A DNA stretch of 64,000 nucleotides from Cetorhinus maximus (taxonomy: Eukaryota), in NCBI RefSeq assembly GCF_964194155.1, contig NC_135909.1, positions 12,648,001 through 12,712,000 of the forward strand, written 5' to 3'. The notes below the pieces were generated by a model, which saw nothing but the letters and a program-made list of their open reading frames with translations, did no database searches and was not told the origin of the DNA. Positions 12,835-26,449 of this stretch are shown here, one piece after another (positions within the stretch are counted from its first letter, which is position 1; every line of letters begins with the position of its first letter). A program made the position numbers and the translations under genes.

Positions 12835-13619
12835 TTTATATTCCCACAAATTTATCTAATTTTTCTTTACAGTTTGCAGGTCTTAACATTGGAATCTCAC
12901 TTTCTGTAAACACTTCAGTTTGCAACAAATATCCCAAATTGTTTTTATTTACACGAGGACACGAGCTGCAATTGCTGCAAACACACACCAGCCGAGACCA
13001 GTCCATTTCTCGCAACGAGCTGGCACAGTCTGAATATTCTTCTCTCGTTCACTATCACTCCATCATTACCTGAATAAGAAATTTCTAAGATGGAAAAATA
13101 TCGTGAAGTTGATATTTATTAGGTGCAGTATGTCCGATCTAAATGACACCCTGCAGTAATTCATCATTTTAATTTGGACAACAGCTTCCTTCACTGCGAC
13201 ATGTACCATCGAGGACGAGAGAATCATCATAGTGAAGACAGCATCATGTCAAAGGCAGTTAATCAATATTAGGGCAGATATCACAGTTCCTGCTTAATTA
13301 CTGGTTTAAAACGTGGAATTCAGTTCCAAATTCACCATGAAATTTCCTTCCTTGGGCCTTGCGTCAGACACCTATTATACTGAAATCACCTTTGAGTGCC
13401 TCTGATTGTTTCCTTTAGCCGTTTAGTAGCTGTTCACATTTTAATCTGTTCAGCTTCCTGCTCATTCTGCCCTTACCGACCTTACTTAAGGTGAAAATTG
13501 TTACATTTCTGTGACCATTCCCTGCCTCTAACATATTGTGGTCACTCGTTGCCAGATGCTCATTTACTTTCAGAATATTAACTCTCTCTCGTTAGTTATT
13601 AATAAATCTAATATAATTT

Positions 13620-14400
13620 TTTTCTCTTGTGGTTTCCAAATCTGGGTGGATGGCAGGAGAGGTTAAAAGACAAAAGAGTTGATGGTGCAAGGTTAAGGTA
13701 CATGTTCAAGTAACAAAACCAAAGATGTGTCTAAAGGAGGTGTGAATGATGGGATGATGAACAGCTGCCATCCAAAAGCATAAACAAGATAAAAATGTGA
13801 ATATCCAATGGAAAAGATACATAATGGGGATTGAGTTTACATTCTCAACTTGTTGGACTCAATGTTGAGACTGGAAGGTTTTAACGTGCTCAATTTAAAG
13901 ATGAGACACGGTTCCTCAAGTTTACACTGAGATTCATTAGAACACTGCAGGATACCAAGGACAGAAACGTCAGTGTAAGAACAAGATGTAAAATTAAAAT
14001 CACAGGAGATCGTAAACTCAGTGTCGTATTTGCTGACCGAGCAGATGTTCATCAAAGCAATCACTGAAACTGTCTAACATCGATCAGACCACCATTGTGA
14101 ACAGTGAATACAGGGTGCCAAATTGAAGAAAGTACACATAAATCACTGTTTCAGCTGGAATGAGTGTTTTGGCAAGGACAGGTAATATTCCATACCAACA
14201 CTGCTAATTTTTTCTCAACTGGTTATCTCTCCTATCTGTGATTGACAGGGCCCTCAAGCATTTCTGTTCCATTTCGCGAGCTCTGCTCTCACCAATTTGC
14301 TCTCTCCCAGAACGCTTTTAGGCTTCCTTTGTCCTCACCCTCCTCCCCAACATCTTCCACATTGAATGGATCATCCCTTGTCATGTCTTTGTCAGGCAGC
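13620..14400 (-). mobile_element. Penelope-like element remnant (GIY-YIG endonuclease C-terminus)
   Basis: SVLGILQCSNESQCKLEEPCLIFKLSTLKPSSLNIE resembles the PLE endonuclease end (LEE.HLIFRLGTL.P.GLN.E). Confidence 0.7.
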
Positions 14401-14569
14401 GAGTTGTTGTGGTCTTGAATGCTCTGCCGAAAATGGTGGTGCATGCCGATTAAAAATAAACTTTCAAGAGTAAACACAGGAGGGACAATGTTTTAAGGCT
14501 ATTGTAAAGGAGAATGGGAGTGGGGCTGATTTTCTTTAAAAGAGCTTGCACAGAAACTATTAACACAAA

Positions 14570-14800
14570 AGCTTCCTCCCGCGTTAGAGTTTATAATGAA
14601 ATGGCCGATAACGCGTCCCAGAATGCTCTGGGAGATATTAAACGGCCTATCTCTCCCAGAAGGACCGCAGTGCGCAGGCGCAAACATGTCTGTCACCGGA
14701 AATCCTGTCTACGCCGAGCATGAGCCGTTCAGCTCGAGCGTGGTTGAGCGGAGCGTCACGAACACCGAGTCTCAGCGGCTCTCAGAGCGCGAATTAGAGC
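14570..14800. promoter_or_regulatory. CpG-rich promoter-like element with ZNF143, NRF1 and ETS motifs
   Basis: TCCCAGAATGC (SBS), TGCGCAGGCGCA (NRF1) and ACCGGAAAT (ETS) cluster in a CpG-rich patch. Confidence 0.55.
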
Positions 14801-14804
14801 CGCT

Positions 14805-14970
14805 GGGTCCCCTGCTCTTCCTGATATATATTGTTGACCTACTCCTTGGTGTATGGGGCACCATTTCAAAATTTGCGGATGACATGAAACTTGGAGGTAT
14901 TGTGAACTGTGAGGAGGATAGTGTTAAACTTCAAAAGGACAGAAGCATATTGGTGAAATGGGCCGATAAG
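14805..14970 (+). mobile_element. Short CR1 RT fragment
   Basis: LGPLLFLIYIVDL...ISKFADDMKLGG motif. Confidence 0.8.
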
Positions 14971-16659
14971 TTCGACCTCAGAATGACCCGGGGCCGGCCC
15001 TGGGGAGCATGCACACTCTCAATGCCGGGGAAGTCAGTGTATTAAATAGAGCGGTTTCTGGGATGCAGGGAATTGTGGGAACTGCAGTCACCATGGGCAG
15101 ATGTTAGTAAGTGTTTTAGTGCAGGTTGATTGTCAGTGACCCGAAATGTGAACTCCTTTTCTTTCTCCACAGATGCTGCCTGATGTGCTGTGTATTTCTA
15201 GCATTTTCTCTCTTTATTTCAGGTTGCCACTATCCACATGATGTTGTCAGTGAATTATTGCAGGTGTTGCTCACAAAACCAAGGTCAGAAACACAAACTG
15301 ACAAATGAAGAATGCTTTTGAATCAGAATGGATGTTGCACGTGGAAGCCGTTCCTCGCTTACTTTGAAGGTATGTTCTTGTTGGCTGATTTAGAACTGGA
15401 GAGTAGAGAGAGAAGGTGATGGGTTTAACCGCGAGCACTTTTGAGAACAGTAGGGCCCAAGCATTTCTGACATAAGGTCATTAACTGTTTCCTGTACAGT
15501 AACAGAGACGGACAGGGAATTGATTTCACATTCACATGTAACAGCAGAGAGTCACCGACAGTGTTAATTCCACCCACACTCATATATTGTAAGAGATATT
15601 GACGGAGAGTTAATTCATCTTATCATAGAATGATTACAGCACAGAAGGAGGCCATTCTGCCCATTATGTCTATGCTGGTCTTCTGAAGGAGCAAATCACC
15701 TCATGCCACTTCACCGCCTTTTCTACATAGCCCTGCACATTTTTCCTTTTTGGATAATAATCCAATTCTCTGTTGAATTCCTTGATTGAACCGGCCTCTA
15801 CTACATTCTCAGCCACTTATCTGATCCACATACTGCATGACAAGATTTTTCCTCATGCTGCCATTGCTTATTTTGCCAATTAGCTTAAATCTGCGTCCAT
15901 TGGTCCTCTACTTTTCCATCAATGGGAATTGAAGTCTCCCTGTCTGCTCTGCCACACTCGTAACAACAAAGAATGACAGAAAACTAATTCCACATACATA
16001 CAGTAATGCATATCAAACTCACTTACAGTGATAGACTCTAACAGAGAGTTAATTTCACACTCAGATCCAGTAACAGACATTGACAGGAAGGCAATTCCAC
16101 AATCACACACAGCACCCAAGACTGTTAGAAATTAATTTCACACTCACTCACAGTAACTGAGACTGGCAGAAATTGAATACCACACTCACAGCATAATTGA
16201 GGCTGACAGGTACAGAATTAATTCCGCATTCACGTACAGCAACAGAGGTTGACATGTAAGGTACGAATTCCACACCCACAGACAGTACCAGAGACAAAAT
16301 GATAGAGATTCAATTCTTCACTCACATGACAGAGACTCAGAGTTAATATCGTACTTATATACAGTAACATAGATTGACAGATGATGAGTGTGGAATTTAC
16401 TTTTTTGAAGTAGCAGAGCCTGAAAAGGAGTTATTTCTATGGCCTGATACAGTAACCGAGACTGACAGATACAGAATCAATTCTATGTTCTGATACAGTG
16501 ACAGAAACTGACAGAGTTAATTCTATATTCACCTACAATAACAGATTATCATCCAAAGAGTGAATTTCACACTCATGTGCAGTAACTGACATGATTGGGT
16601 AGAAAGCTAAATCCGCACTTGCACACATGACAGAGATTGAAAGTTAAGGTTAACAATAT

Positions 16660-17140
16660 AGGAAGTATCTGAATGCATTGGAGAGAGTGCAGAAGAGGTT
16701 TATGAGAATGGTTCCAGGGATGAGACACCACAGTTATGAGGAAAGATTGGAGAAGCTTGGACTGCATTCCTTGGAGAGGAGAAGGCTAAGAGGAGACTTG
16801 ATAAAAGCTTTCAAAGTCATGAGGTTTGTGAACAATGTAGATATAGAGATACTGTTCTCGCTTGTAAACGGATCGAGAACCAGAGGGCATGGTTTTAAAG
16901 TGTTTTACAAAAGAAGCAGCGAGCCATTAGGTTTTGGAATGCACTGCCTGGAAGTGTGGTGGAGGCAGGTTCAACTGAGTCATTCAAGAGGGCATTGGAT
17001 GATTATTTGAGTAGAAACAATGGGCAGGGTTATGGCGCAAAGGCAGGAGATTGGCACTAAGTTAAAATGCTCAGAGATCTGGTGCAGGCACGATGGGTCA
17101 AATGGCCTCCTTCTATAGCGTAACAATTCTGTGATTCTGT
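16660..17140 (+). mobile_element. CR1-like LINE 3' fragment
   Basis: ERVQKRFMRMVPGM...YEERLEKLGL.SLERRRLRGDLI, followed by an ATTCTGTG tail. Confidence 0.85.
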
Positions 17141-17724
17141 GAATTCACACTCACAATAACAGAGACTGACTGATAGAGAGTTAATTCCACACACTCAGTA
17201 ACAGAGGCTAACAGATTGTTTGTTTATTCCTCAATCATACACATTAACACAGACAGACTAATATGACTAATTTCTCTCAGTCTCTGTTGTTGTAAGTTAA
17301 TCCCACACTGAAATATTAATGGAAATTGGCAGGTTCTTAACTGTACTCCCAGATGTCATAACAAAGCCTGGAAAAGAGAATTCCACATTCACAGTAACCG
17401 AGACTGACCGATAGAGAGGTAATTCCACATTCACATACAGTAACAGAGACTGACGTGTTAATTCCATATTCTCAGACAGCTAGAGACTGACAAAGATTGA
17501 ATTCCACACTCATATACAGTTTCATAGGCTGTTCGAGAGTTAGTTCCACTCTCATAACCGTAAAAGAGACTGACAAAGATTTAAATTACACATTCACATT
17601 CAGTGAGTGATGGACAGAGAATCAATTCCACCCTCACATGCAGATCAGACTGAATTAATTCCACACTGAAATACAGCCAAAGAGACTGACAGACAGAGGG
17701 TTAATTCCACACTGACAAATTAAA

Positions 17725-19745
17725 AATATAAGAAAGAGAAACAGGAGGAGGCCATTCAGCCCATCAGGCCAGCTTTACCATTCCAGAAGACCATAGCTGA
17801 TCTGATTGTGGCCTCAAACCCATTTTCCCACCTGCCCTATAACCCTTGACTCTCCTGTAGATGAAAAATTCTGTCTAACTCGGCATGAATATATGTAATG
17901 ACCCAGCCTCCACTGCTCTCTGAGGTGGAGAATTACAAAGATTAAGGACGTTCTGAGAGAAGAAATTCCTTCTCATCTTTGTCTTAAAAGGGAGATGTTT
18001 ATTTTTAAACTGTGGCCCCTGGTTCTAGTTTCTCCACAAATGGAAACACTCCTCTCAACATCGACCCTGTCAAACCCCCTCAGAATCTTATTTGTTTCAA
18101 TGAGATCACCTCTCATTCTTCGAAACTCCTATGTGGTTCAGCCCAACCTGCTTAAACATTCCTCATACGACAATTCCTTCATCTCTGGAATCAGTTTAGT
18201 CAAACTTCTCTGCCCCCTATGCAATTATATCCCCCTTTAAATAAAGAGACTACAACATAACACAGGACTCTCGGTGTAGTCTCACCAATGCTGTGTAGCT
18301 GTAGCAAGACTTCCCCACTTTGATACTCCACACCACCCTTGGAATAAAGGCCAACATTCCATTTCCCTTCCTAATTACTCGCTCCAGCTGCACATTAACT
18401 TCTTGTGATTCATGTACAAGAGAATCTTGATCCCTCTGTACTGCAACATTCTGCAGTCTCTCTCCATAGTATTGAAGGAGGCCATTCAGCCTATCAAGTC
18501 TGCACTGGCTCTCTGAAAGAGCATTTTGCCTCGTCCCATTCTCCTCCCTTTACCCCATAACCTTGCACGATCTTTCCTTTAAGGTAGCAATTCAATTCCC
18601 TTTTGAATATCTCAAGCAAACCTGCCTCCACCACCCTTTGAGGAAGTTTGTTCCAGACTCCAACCACACTCTGGGTGAAAAAAGTTTGCATTTTAAGTTA
18701 AGCATCATGAGTCTATCTCACATCACATTTACTCCTTTTGCCAATTATTTTGAGTCTGTGCCTTCTGGTTCTTAATGTTCTATTGAGTGAGAACAATTTC
18801 TCATTATTTGATCTGTCCATACCCCTCAGGATCTTGAATACATCTATTAAGTCTCCTTTTAGCCTTCTTTTCTTCAGGGAAAACAGTCCCGACCTCTCCA
18901 ATCTATCCTCGTAGCTACAGTTCTTTATCTTGGAATCATTCTCGTGAATCTCCTCTGTACTCTCTCCAATGCCTTCACATCCTTCTTTAAGTATGCCACC
19001 CAGAACTGGACCCAGTACTCCAAATGAAGCCTAAAAAGCGACCTATACAACTTCAACATGACCTCCTTACTCTTCACAGTGATGGAATCTTGTACTCAGT
19101 GCCCCTGTTAATAAAGCCTAACATTCTATATGCTTTATTACCTGCTCCCTCAACATGCTCCACCATCTTCAATGACCTATGTACATATACAATTTGGTCC
19201 CTCTGTTCCTGCACCTTCTTTAGAGGCTCTACCTTTATTTAATACAGACTCACTATATTTTTATAACTGAAATTAATCACCTGACACTTCTCTGCATTGA
19301 ACTTCAGCTGCCACTTGCCTGCCTAATCCAGCAACATGTCTATGTCCTTTTGAAGTTCAAGACTATCCCATTCACAGTTTACAATGTTTCCAATCTTCCG
19401 ATCATCTGCAAATTTTGAGATTTCTTACCTCCCTGCACACCACAGTCTAGGCCATTAATATATATATCATTTGAATAATGTTTTGTTTTTCTATTCTTCC
19501 CATCAAATTTCCCCACATTGTATTCCATCTGCCAAATGTTTGCCCACTGATTTAACCTTTCTATATCCTCTTGCAGACACTTTGTGTCCCCCTCACAACC
19601 TGCTTTCCCACCTATCTCTGTATTGTCTGAAAATGTGGTGATGCTCTCTCCATTCATCTGAGTGATTAATATAGATTGTAAATAGCTGAGAACCCAGCAC
19701 TGATCCCTGTGACACTCTACTGGTTACAGTTTGCTAACTTGAAAG
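17725..19745 (-). mobile_element. Nested CR1-like LINE fragments
   Basis: Two minus-strand RT C-terminal segments (LFSLKKRRLKGDLIDVFKI; WANIWQMEYNV), one inserted into the other at about 18470-19480. Confidence 0.8.
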
Positions 19746-20519
19746 TGTACCCACTTCCATAGGATAACAGAGATTGACGGACGGAGAGTTAATGACACTC
19801 ACATTATTATAGATTGATAGAGAGCGAACTCCACACTCAGCCAGTAACAGAGATTCACAGTGTGTTAATGCCACACTAAAGTAAAGTATTGGAGACTAAA
19901 GGATAGAGAATTAATTCACACTCACATAAAGTAACAGAGACTGTCAAAGAGAGAGTTAATTCTATATTCAATTACTCTCAACGAATGAAAGAAATGCTGC
20001 ACTCACATACAGTTAATTCTGTTAATACAGTTAACTGCTGACAGTTAATTCCACTCTCACATGCAATAACAGAGATGAACAGAGAATTAATGCCCCACTT
20101 ACATACAGTAATGTAGAATACCAGATACAGAATTAATTCTGCCCTCTCACACTAACGAAGATGGACAGAGAGGTAATTCCACACTGAAACACAGGAACAA
20201 ATACTGACAGATGAGAGTTCATTGTGCACTCACACACAGTAACGGTGATGAGGGAGAGTTAATTCCACATTGACATACAGCAATAGAGGCTGACAGATAC
20301 TGAATTAATTCCACACTCTTACAGACTAATGTTTAATGATAGGTAGAAAGTTATCATAATTCTGCCCTGAAACATAGCAACAGAGACTGACGGATAGAGA
20401 GTTAATTGTGCAGATTGACTGATATTGGGGATTAGTTAATTCCACATTCACATACTGTAACAGAGATGGACAGAGAGAGAGTTAATTCCACACTCTCATA
20501 CAATAGCAGTGACCTGGTT

Positions 20520-21940
20520 CACACTTGAAGAATTCATCTGACATGCATCATACGGCCTCTTCATTATTTCATCATATTTTCTATCTTCCTCATTATCCAA
20601 GGAGCCCTGGCTTTGGTTCCCCTCCCTTTCCCCCTATTGGAAAGTACCTACTCTGTACCTGAAACATCTCCTCCTGAAAGATCACCCATTGCTCTGTTAC
20701 AGTTTTTCCTGTCAGTCTCTGGTTCCATTTCACCCTGGCTAAATCCCCTCTCCTCCCATTGAAGTTCGCTCCCTTCCAATCACTCTTACCCAAGGGTCCA
20801 CCCACAGACACTTGGTTCACGCGGCCAACCTTGGCCCACCTCATTCCCCAGCACCAGATCCAGCAATGCCTCCTTCCTAACTGGACTGAGAACATTCTGG
20901 TCGAGGAAGTTCTCCTAAACACATTTCAGAAATCCCCAGATACCACCGCTCTATAGTTCTTATACATCTCTGTGATTTCCCTGCGTATTTGCTTCTCTAT
21001 CTCACCACACCTCCATTTTTTTCCTTCTCTCTCTTTTCTGAACACTTTTTGCCTTGAATATGAACCCGATCCTCACCATTTTTAAATCACGTTTTCATCA
21101 TTGCCACCACATCATTTCCCCACATGGCTCTTTGTGCTTCTAGCTCACCAGATTTATTCACCAGACTTTGTGCGATCACGCACATACATTGTAAACCTGT
21201 CCTTGTATTCCTCTTAGATTCCTTCTTCATTTACTCCTATCTTATATGGTTCTACTTCCTTCTCTAGTTATTGCTCTTTTCTACTTCTTTATAGTGGTGC
21301 CCACCCCCTGCCAGTTCAGTTCAAACCCTCCCCAACCTCACAAGTGACCCTCCTCACGAGGACATTGGTCCCAGCCTTGTCATGGTGCAACCTGTTCCTT
21401 TGGAATAGGTGTTTCCTGTCCCAGATCTGGTCCCAATGTCCCAAGAATCTGAAGCTCCCCCCCCACCTCCTGCACTGGCCTCAAGCCATGTATTGATGCT
21501 CCCTATTTATTTCTACTCTAGTTATCACGTGGCACTGGCAGTAATCCTGAGATTACCCCCTTCGAGTGCTACATTTTAACTCCCTCCCCAGCTGCTGAAA
21601 TTCTGACTGAGGTACCTCAATACCTGACCCCCCTGTATTATTGACACTGACGTGTACAACAACCTCTGGCTCACTCCCTTCCCCCTGCAGAATAATCTGC
21701 ACCCTCTCCGTGATGTCCTTTACTCTGGCACCAAGGAGCGAACACATCATGCGGGACTCACAATGATGGTTACAGAAATGTCTGTCTGTCCCCCTGACTA
21801 TGGAATCTCCTATAATGACTGCATTTCTACTCTTTGCTGTTCACTCCTGTGCAGTTTCTTGCCCATTGATGCCATGGTCTGGACTGCACTCCTTCAGGGT
21901 GTCACCATTCCCAGCAGTCTCCAATGCTGAGTACCAGTTT
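20520..21940 (-). mobile_element. CR1-like LINE 5' part (ORF1 esterase and endonuclease remnants)
   Basis: GARVKDITERVQIILQGEGSEPEVVVHV SGNH-esterase motif; WKGANFNG ORF2 motif. Confidence 0.8.
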
Positions 21941-21959
21941 GACAGTGAGAACTGTGACT

Positions 21960-22310
21960 ACGGGAGAGTGAGGTTAAAACAGAGAGACTTCGGGAGAGAG
22001 AGCTTAACACAGACAGACTTTGGGAGGGAGAGGTTAAAACAGTGAGGATTCGGGACAGAGGTTAAAACAGTGAGGATTCGGGACAGAGGTTAAAACAGTG
22101 AGGATTCGGGACAGAGGTTAAAACAGTGAGGATTCGGGACAGAGGTTAAAACAGTGAGGATTTGGGACAGAGGTTAAAACAGCGAGGATTCGGGACAGAG
22201 AGGTTAAAATGGCAAACTTTGGGACAGAGAGGTTAAAACACAGACCCTTCCGGAGGGAGAGGTTAAACAAGCAAGACTTCGGGAGAGAGAGGGTGAAAGC
22301 AGCGAGATTC
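21960..22310 (+). repeat. 28-bp tandem repeat (AGGTTAAAACAGTGAGGATTCGGGACAG) at the 5' end of the CR1 element
   Basis: About 6 near-perfect central copies flanked by diverged 30-bp copies. Confidence 0.9.
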
Positions 22311-22365
22311 AAGTGGGATTAAGGGTAAAATAAAAGCAAGAATCCATATTCTGTTTAGTTAAGTT

Positions 22366-25300
22366 ATGCCTGGGGAGCTCAGTGCTGTGATTTGCACATC
22401 CTGTGCTATGTGGGAAATCCTAGACTCTCCCGGTGGTCTGGATGACCATGTGTGCAGGAGGTGCCTCCGACTGGAGGAACTCGAGCTCCTGGTTTTGCAG
22501 CTTGAGCGGCAGATGGGGGCATTACGGTGCATCCATGAGGCTCAGAGGCTCGTGAATAGCACGTTTCAGGACGTGGTCACCCTGCAGCTGAAGGAGGTGC
22601 AGGCAGAGAGGGAATGGGTGACCACCAGACAGAAGAAGGGGACCAGGCAGGTAGTGAGGGAATCCCCGAGTGCACCACACTTGCAAACTGTTTTTCGGTC
22701 ATGGAAAACGGTGAGAGTGACGGTTCCTCTGAGGAGGCCAACCAGAGCCAAGGCCATGGCACTGTGGGTGGCCCATCTGCTCAGTGGGGGAGGACAGAGG
22801 CAATAGTGGGAAGGGATTCATTAGTGAGGGGAGTAAACAGGCGCTTCTGTGGCAATAGGCGTAACTCCTGGTTGGTATGTTGCATCCCAGGTAACAGGGT
22901 TAAGGATGTCACGGAACAGCTGCAGGGCATTCTGAAGGGGGAGGGTTAACAGCCAGAGGTCGTGGTCCATGTTGGGACCAATAACATAGGAAGAAAGAGA
23001 AATGAGGGCCTGCAAGCAGACTTTAGGGAATTAGGTAGGAAATTGAAAAGCAAGACTTCAAAGGTGGTAATCTGCAGATTACTCCCGGTGCCACACAGGA
23101 GTGAGTATAGGAGCAGAAGGATAGAGCAGATGAATGTGTGGCTGGAGAGATGGTGCAGGTGGGAGGGCTTTAGATTCCTGGGGCATTGGGACTGTTTCTG
23201 GGGTAGTTGGGACCTGTACAAGTTGGACAGGTTACATCTGAACAGGAGCGGGAGCAGCATCCTCACGGGGAGGTTTGCTAATGCTGTTGGGGAGGATTAA
23301 ACTAAATTGTCAGGGGGTGGGATCCTGAAAAGTGGTTCAGAGGGGAGAGAAGCTGAAATGGAATTAGAAGTTAAAACACTAGTAAGTGAGTCTGGAAGGC
23401 AGAGGAAACATAGGCTGGTTAAGAAAGATGTGAGTTTAGCAAGGCTAAGTGGAATGCATTTTCATGCATGGAACCTGAGGAATAAGACAGACGAGCTGAG
23501 GGCACAAATTGGCATGTGAGAGTATGATATAGCTATGACCGAGACTGAGCTAAAAGATGTGCAGGATTGGCAGCTCAACATTCCTGGTTATAGGGTAATC
23601 AGACATGATAGGGGGGTGCGGGTGAATAGAAGAGGAAGGGGGTAGCAATATTGATCAAGGAATCAATTATAGCAGTGAGGAGGGATCAAATGAAGCCATA
23701 TGGGTAGAAGTAAAAAACACAGAAAGGGCAAACAAGCTGTTGGGTGAGATAGGGAGAGTTAGAGGATTAAATATGTAATCAAATTTCAGAGATGTGTAAG
23801 AATAATAAGGCAGCAATAGTCGGGGATTTTAACTACCCAAATATAACTGGGATATTTTCAATATGCAAGGTAGGGAGGGAGCAACATTCTTATGTTGCAT
23901 CCAGGAGAACATTTTTAGCCATTGCATAGAAAGCCCAACAAGGGAGCAGGCAGTTCTGGACCTAATAGTTGGAATGCGCCAGGGCTGGTGGAAGGCACAT
24001 CAGTAGGGGAACATTTTGGAGATAGTGACCATAACTCAGTTAGATTCAGGATAGTTATGGAAAAGGATAAGGTTGGGCCGAGAATTAAAGTTGTAAACTG
24101 GGGAAGGGCTAATTTTACGAAGATGAGATACGATTTGGCCCAAGTGGACTGGGAGCAGCTACTTGCAGATAAAACTGTGTCAGAGCAGTGGGAGGCATTC
24201 AAGGAGGAAATAGCGAGAGTACAGGGCAAGTATGTTCCTGTAAAGACAAAGAGGGGGACCAAGTCCAGAGGACCCTGGATGTTAAGGGACATAAATGTTA
24301 GGATTAAGGAAAAAAGAGAAGGTTATGACAGATACCGAGGGCTCAATACGGCTGAGTCCTAGAGGAGTATAAAAAGTTCATGGGGAACTTAATAAGGAAA
24401 TTAGGAAAGCTAAGAAAGTGCATGAGAAAAATTGGTGGGTAGAATGAAGGAAAACCCAAAGGGTTTTTTTAAAAACATAAACAGTAAGAGAATAAGTAGG
24501 GAAAGAATAGGCCCAATTAGGGACCATAGAGGTGACCTGTGTGTGGACCCAGAAGACGTGGGTACAGTCCTCAAAGAGTACTTTGCATCGATCTTCACAA
24601 TGGAAAAGGACAACGCAGATAAAGACATCAGGGTGAAGGACTGTGAAATATTGGAGGAAATTAGCATGGAGAGAGAGGAGGTACTCGAGAGTTTAATGGC
24701 CTTAAAAATGGATAATCAGCATGCCCAGATGAGATGTATACCAGGCTGTGGAAGGAGGTGAGGGAAGCGATGTCAGGGGCCTTGTCAGTTATTTTCAAAT
24801 CTGCCCTGGCCACAGGAGAGGTGCCAGAGGACTGGGGGATTGGTAACGTTGTCCCATTATTTAAAAAGGGAGGAAGGGATAGATCAGGAAATTACATGCC
24901 TGTCAGTCTAACCTCGGTGGTGGGGAAGTCCTGAGAAAGAACTCTGAGGGACAGAATATATCTGCACTTAGAGAGACTCGGATTAATCAGGGATAGTCAG
25001 CATGGATTTGTTAAGGGAAGGTCGTGTTTGATTGAATTTTTTGAGGAGGTAACCAGGAGTGTTGATGAGGATTATGCATTTGATGTGGTCTACATGGACT
25101 TTAGCTAGGCTTTTTTTTAAGGTCCCTCGTGGCAGAATGGCCAAGAGGATAAGTGCCCATGGGATCCATGGCAGAGTGGCACATTGGATCCAAAACTGGC
25201 TGAGAGGCAGGAAGCAGAGGGTGATGGTAGAGGGATGTTTCTGTGACTGGAAGTTTGTTTCCAGTGGGGTTCCGCAGGACTCAGTGCTGGGGCCCTTTCT

Positions 25301-26445
25301 GTTTGTGGTGTACTTAAATGATTTGAACTTAAATGTAGTGGGTACAATCAAGAAGTTAGCTGATGACACGAAAATTGGCCCCGAGGTAAATAGTGAGGAG
25401 GATAGCCATAATCTGCAGGAGGATATCAATGGACTGGTCAGGTGGACAGAGCAGTGCCAAATGGAATTCAACCTGAAAAAGTGTGAGGGAATGCACTTGG
25501 GGAGGGCTAACAAGGCAAGGGATGACACTGAACTGTTGGACCTTGGAAAGTACTGAAGATGAGAGGAACCTTAGTGTGCAAATCCACAGATCCCTGAAGG
25601 TCACAGTGCAGGGTATTTATTACCCATTCCTAATTGCTCTTGTTCACAGGGCATTTCAGAGTCACCCACATTGCTGTGGGTCTGGACCAGGTAAGGATGG
25701 CAGGTTTCCTTCCCTAAAGGGCATTAGTGAACCAGATGGGTTTTTACGACGATCGACAATGGTTTCATGGTCATCATTAGACTTGCCCTGATGGGATTCG
25801 AACCCGGGACCCCAAAGCATTACCACTGCGCCACTGCCTACATGCCATTATTAGCTGAGGCATAGAATACAAGAGGTTATGCTGGAACTGTATAAAACAC
25901 TGTTTCGGCCTCAACTGCATGCAGTTCTGGTCACCACGTTATAGGAAGGGTGTCATTGCACTGGAGAGGGTCAGAGGAGATTTACCAGGATGCTGCCTGG
26001 GCTGGAGGGTCTGATCTATGAGGAAAGATTGGATCGGCTGAGGTTGTTTTCCTTCGAGCAGCAAAAGCTGAGAGGGGACCTGATAGAGGTAAATAAGATT
26101 ATGAGGGGCATAGATAGGGTCGGTAGGTAGGCCCTTTTTCCATTAGTAGAGGGGTCAATAACCAGGTGGCATAGATTTAAGGTAAGAGGTAGAAGGCTAA
26201 GAGGGGAGTTGAGAATATTTTTCACCCAGAGGGTGATGGGAGTCTGGAACTCACTGCCTGAAAGGTGGTTGAGTCAGAAACTCTCATAAATTTAAGAAGT
26301 ATTTAGATATTCACTTGCGTTGTCGTAGCCTCTAGGGATATGGGCCAAGTGCTGGAAAATGAAATTAGTGTCGTCGGATCTTTGTTTACCCGCGCTTACA
26401 CGATAGGCCGACTGGTGTCCTTCTGTGCTGTAAACGTCTCTGAGT
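22366..26445 (+). mobile_element. Near full-length, disabled CR1-like LINE (ORF1 zinc finger and esterase; ORF2 APE and RT)
   Basis: CTSC...CRRC and VHVGTNNIG in ORF1; GDFN, SDHN, PLFKKG, GVPQ.SVLGP and ADDTK in ORF2; many frameshifts and stops; CR1 3' tail near 26430. Confidence 0.92.
25610..25838 (-). mobile_element. tRNA-derived SINE inserted in the CR1 (shark SacSINE1-like; family name tentative)
   Basis: A box (TGGCGCAGTGG) and B box (GGTTCGAATCC) on the minus strand; body related to copies at about 39130, 41740, 46900 and 60450. Confidence 0.7.
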
Positions 26446-26449
26446 CAAT

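Larger units (their letters stand above)
15490..20510 (+). repeat. Old degenerate satellite, unit about 40-48 bp (ACAGTAACAGAGACTGACAGATAGAGAGTTAATTCCACACTCAC), interrupted by CR1 insertions
   Basis: Dozens of recurring TTAATTCCACACTCAC and AACAGAGACTGACAG motifs. Confidence 0.8.

Noticed and set aside
12217-12909. 230-aa ORF
   Set aside because: It is composed of minisatellite, a T-rich tract and the iMet tRNA, with no protein features.
21960-22310. CRISPR-like 28-bp repeats
   Set aside because: Units are contiguous with no unique spacers, there are no cas genes, and the context is eukaryotic.
25790-25838. tRNA-like A and B boxes
   Set aside because: No cloverleaf; this is the head of a SINE.
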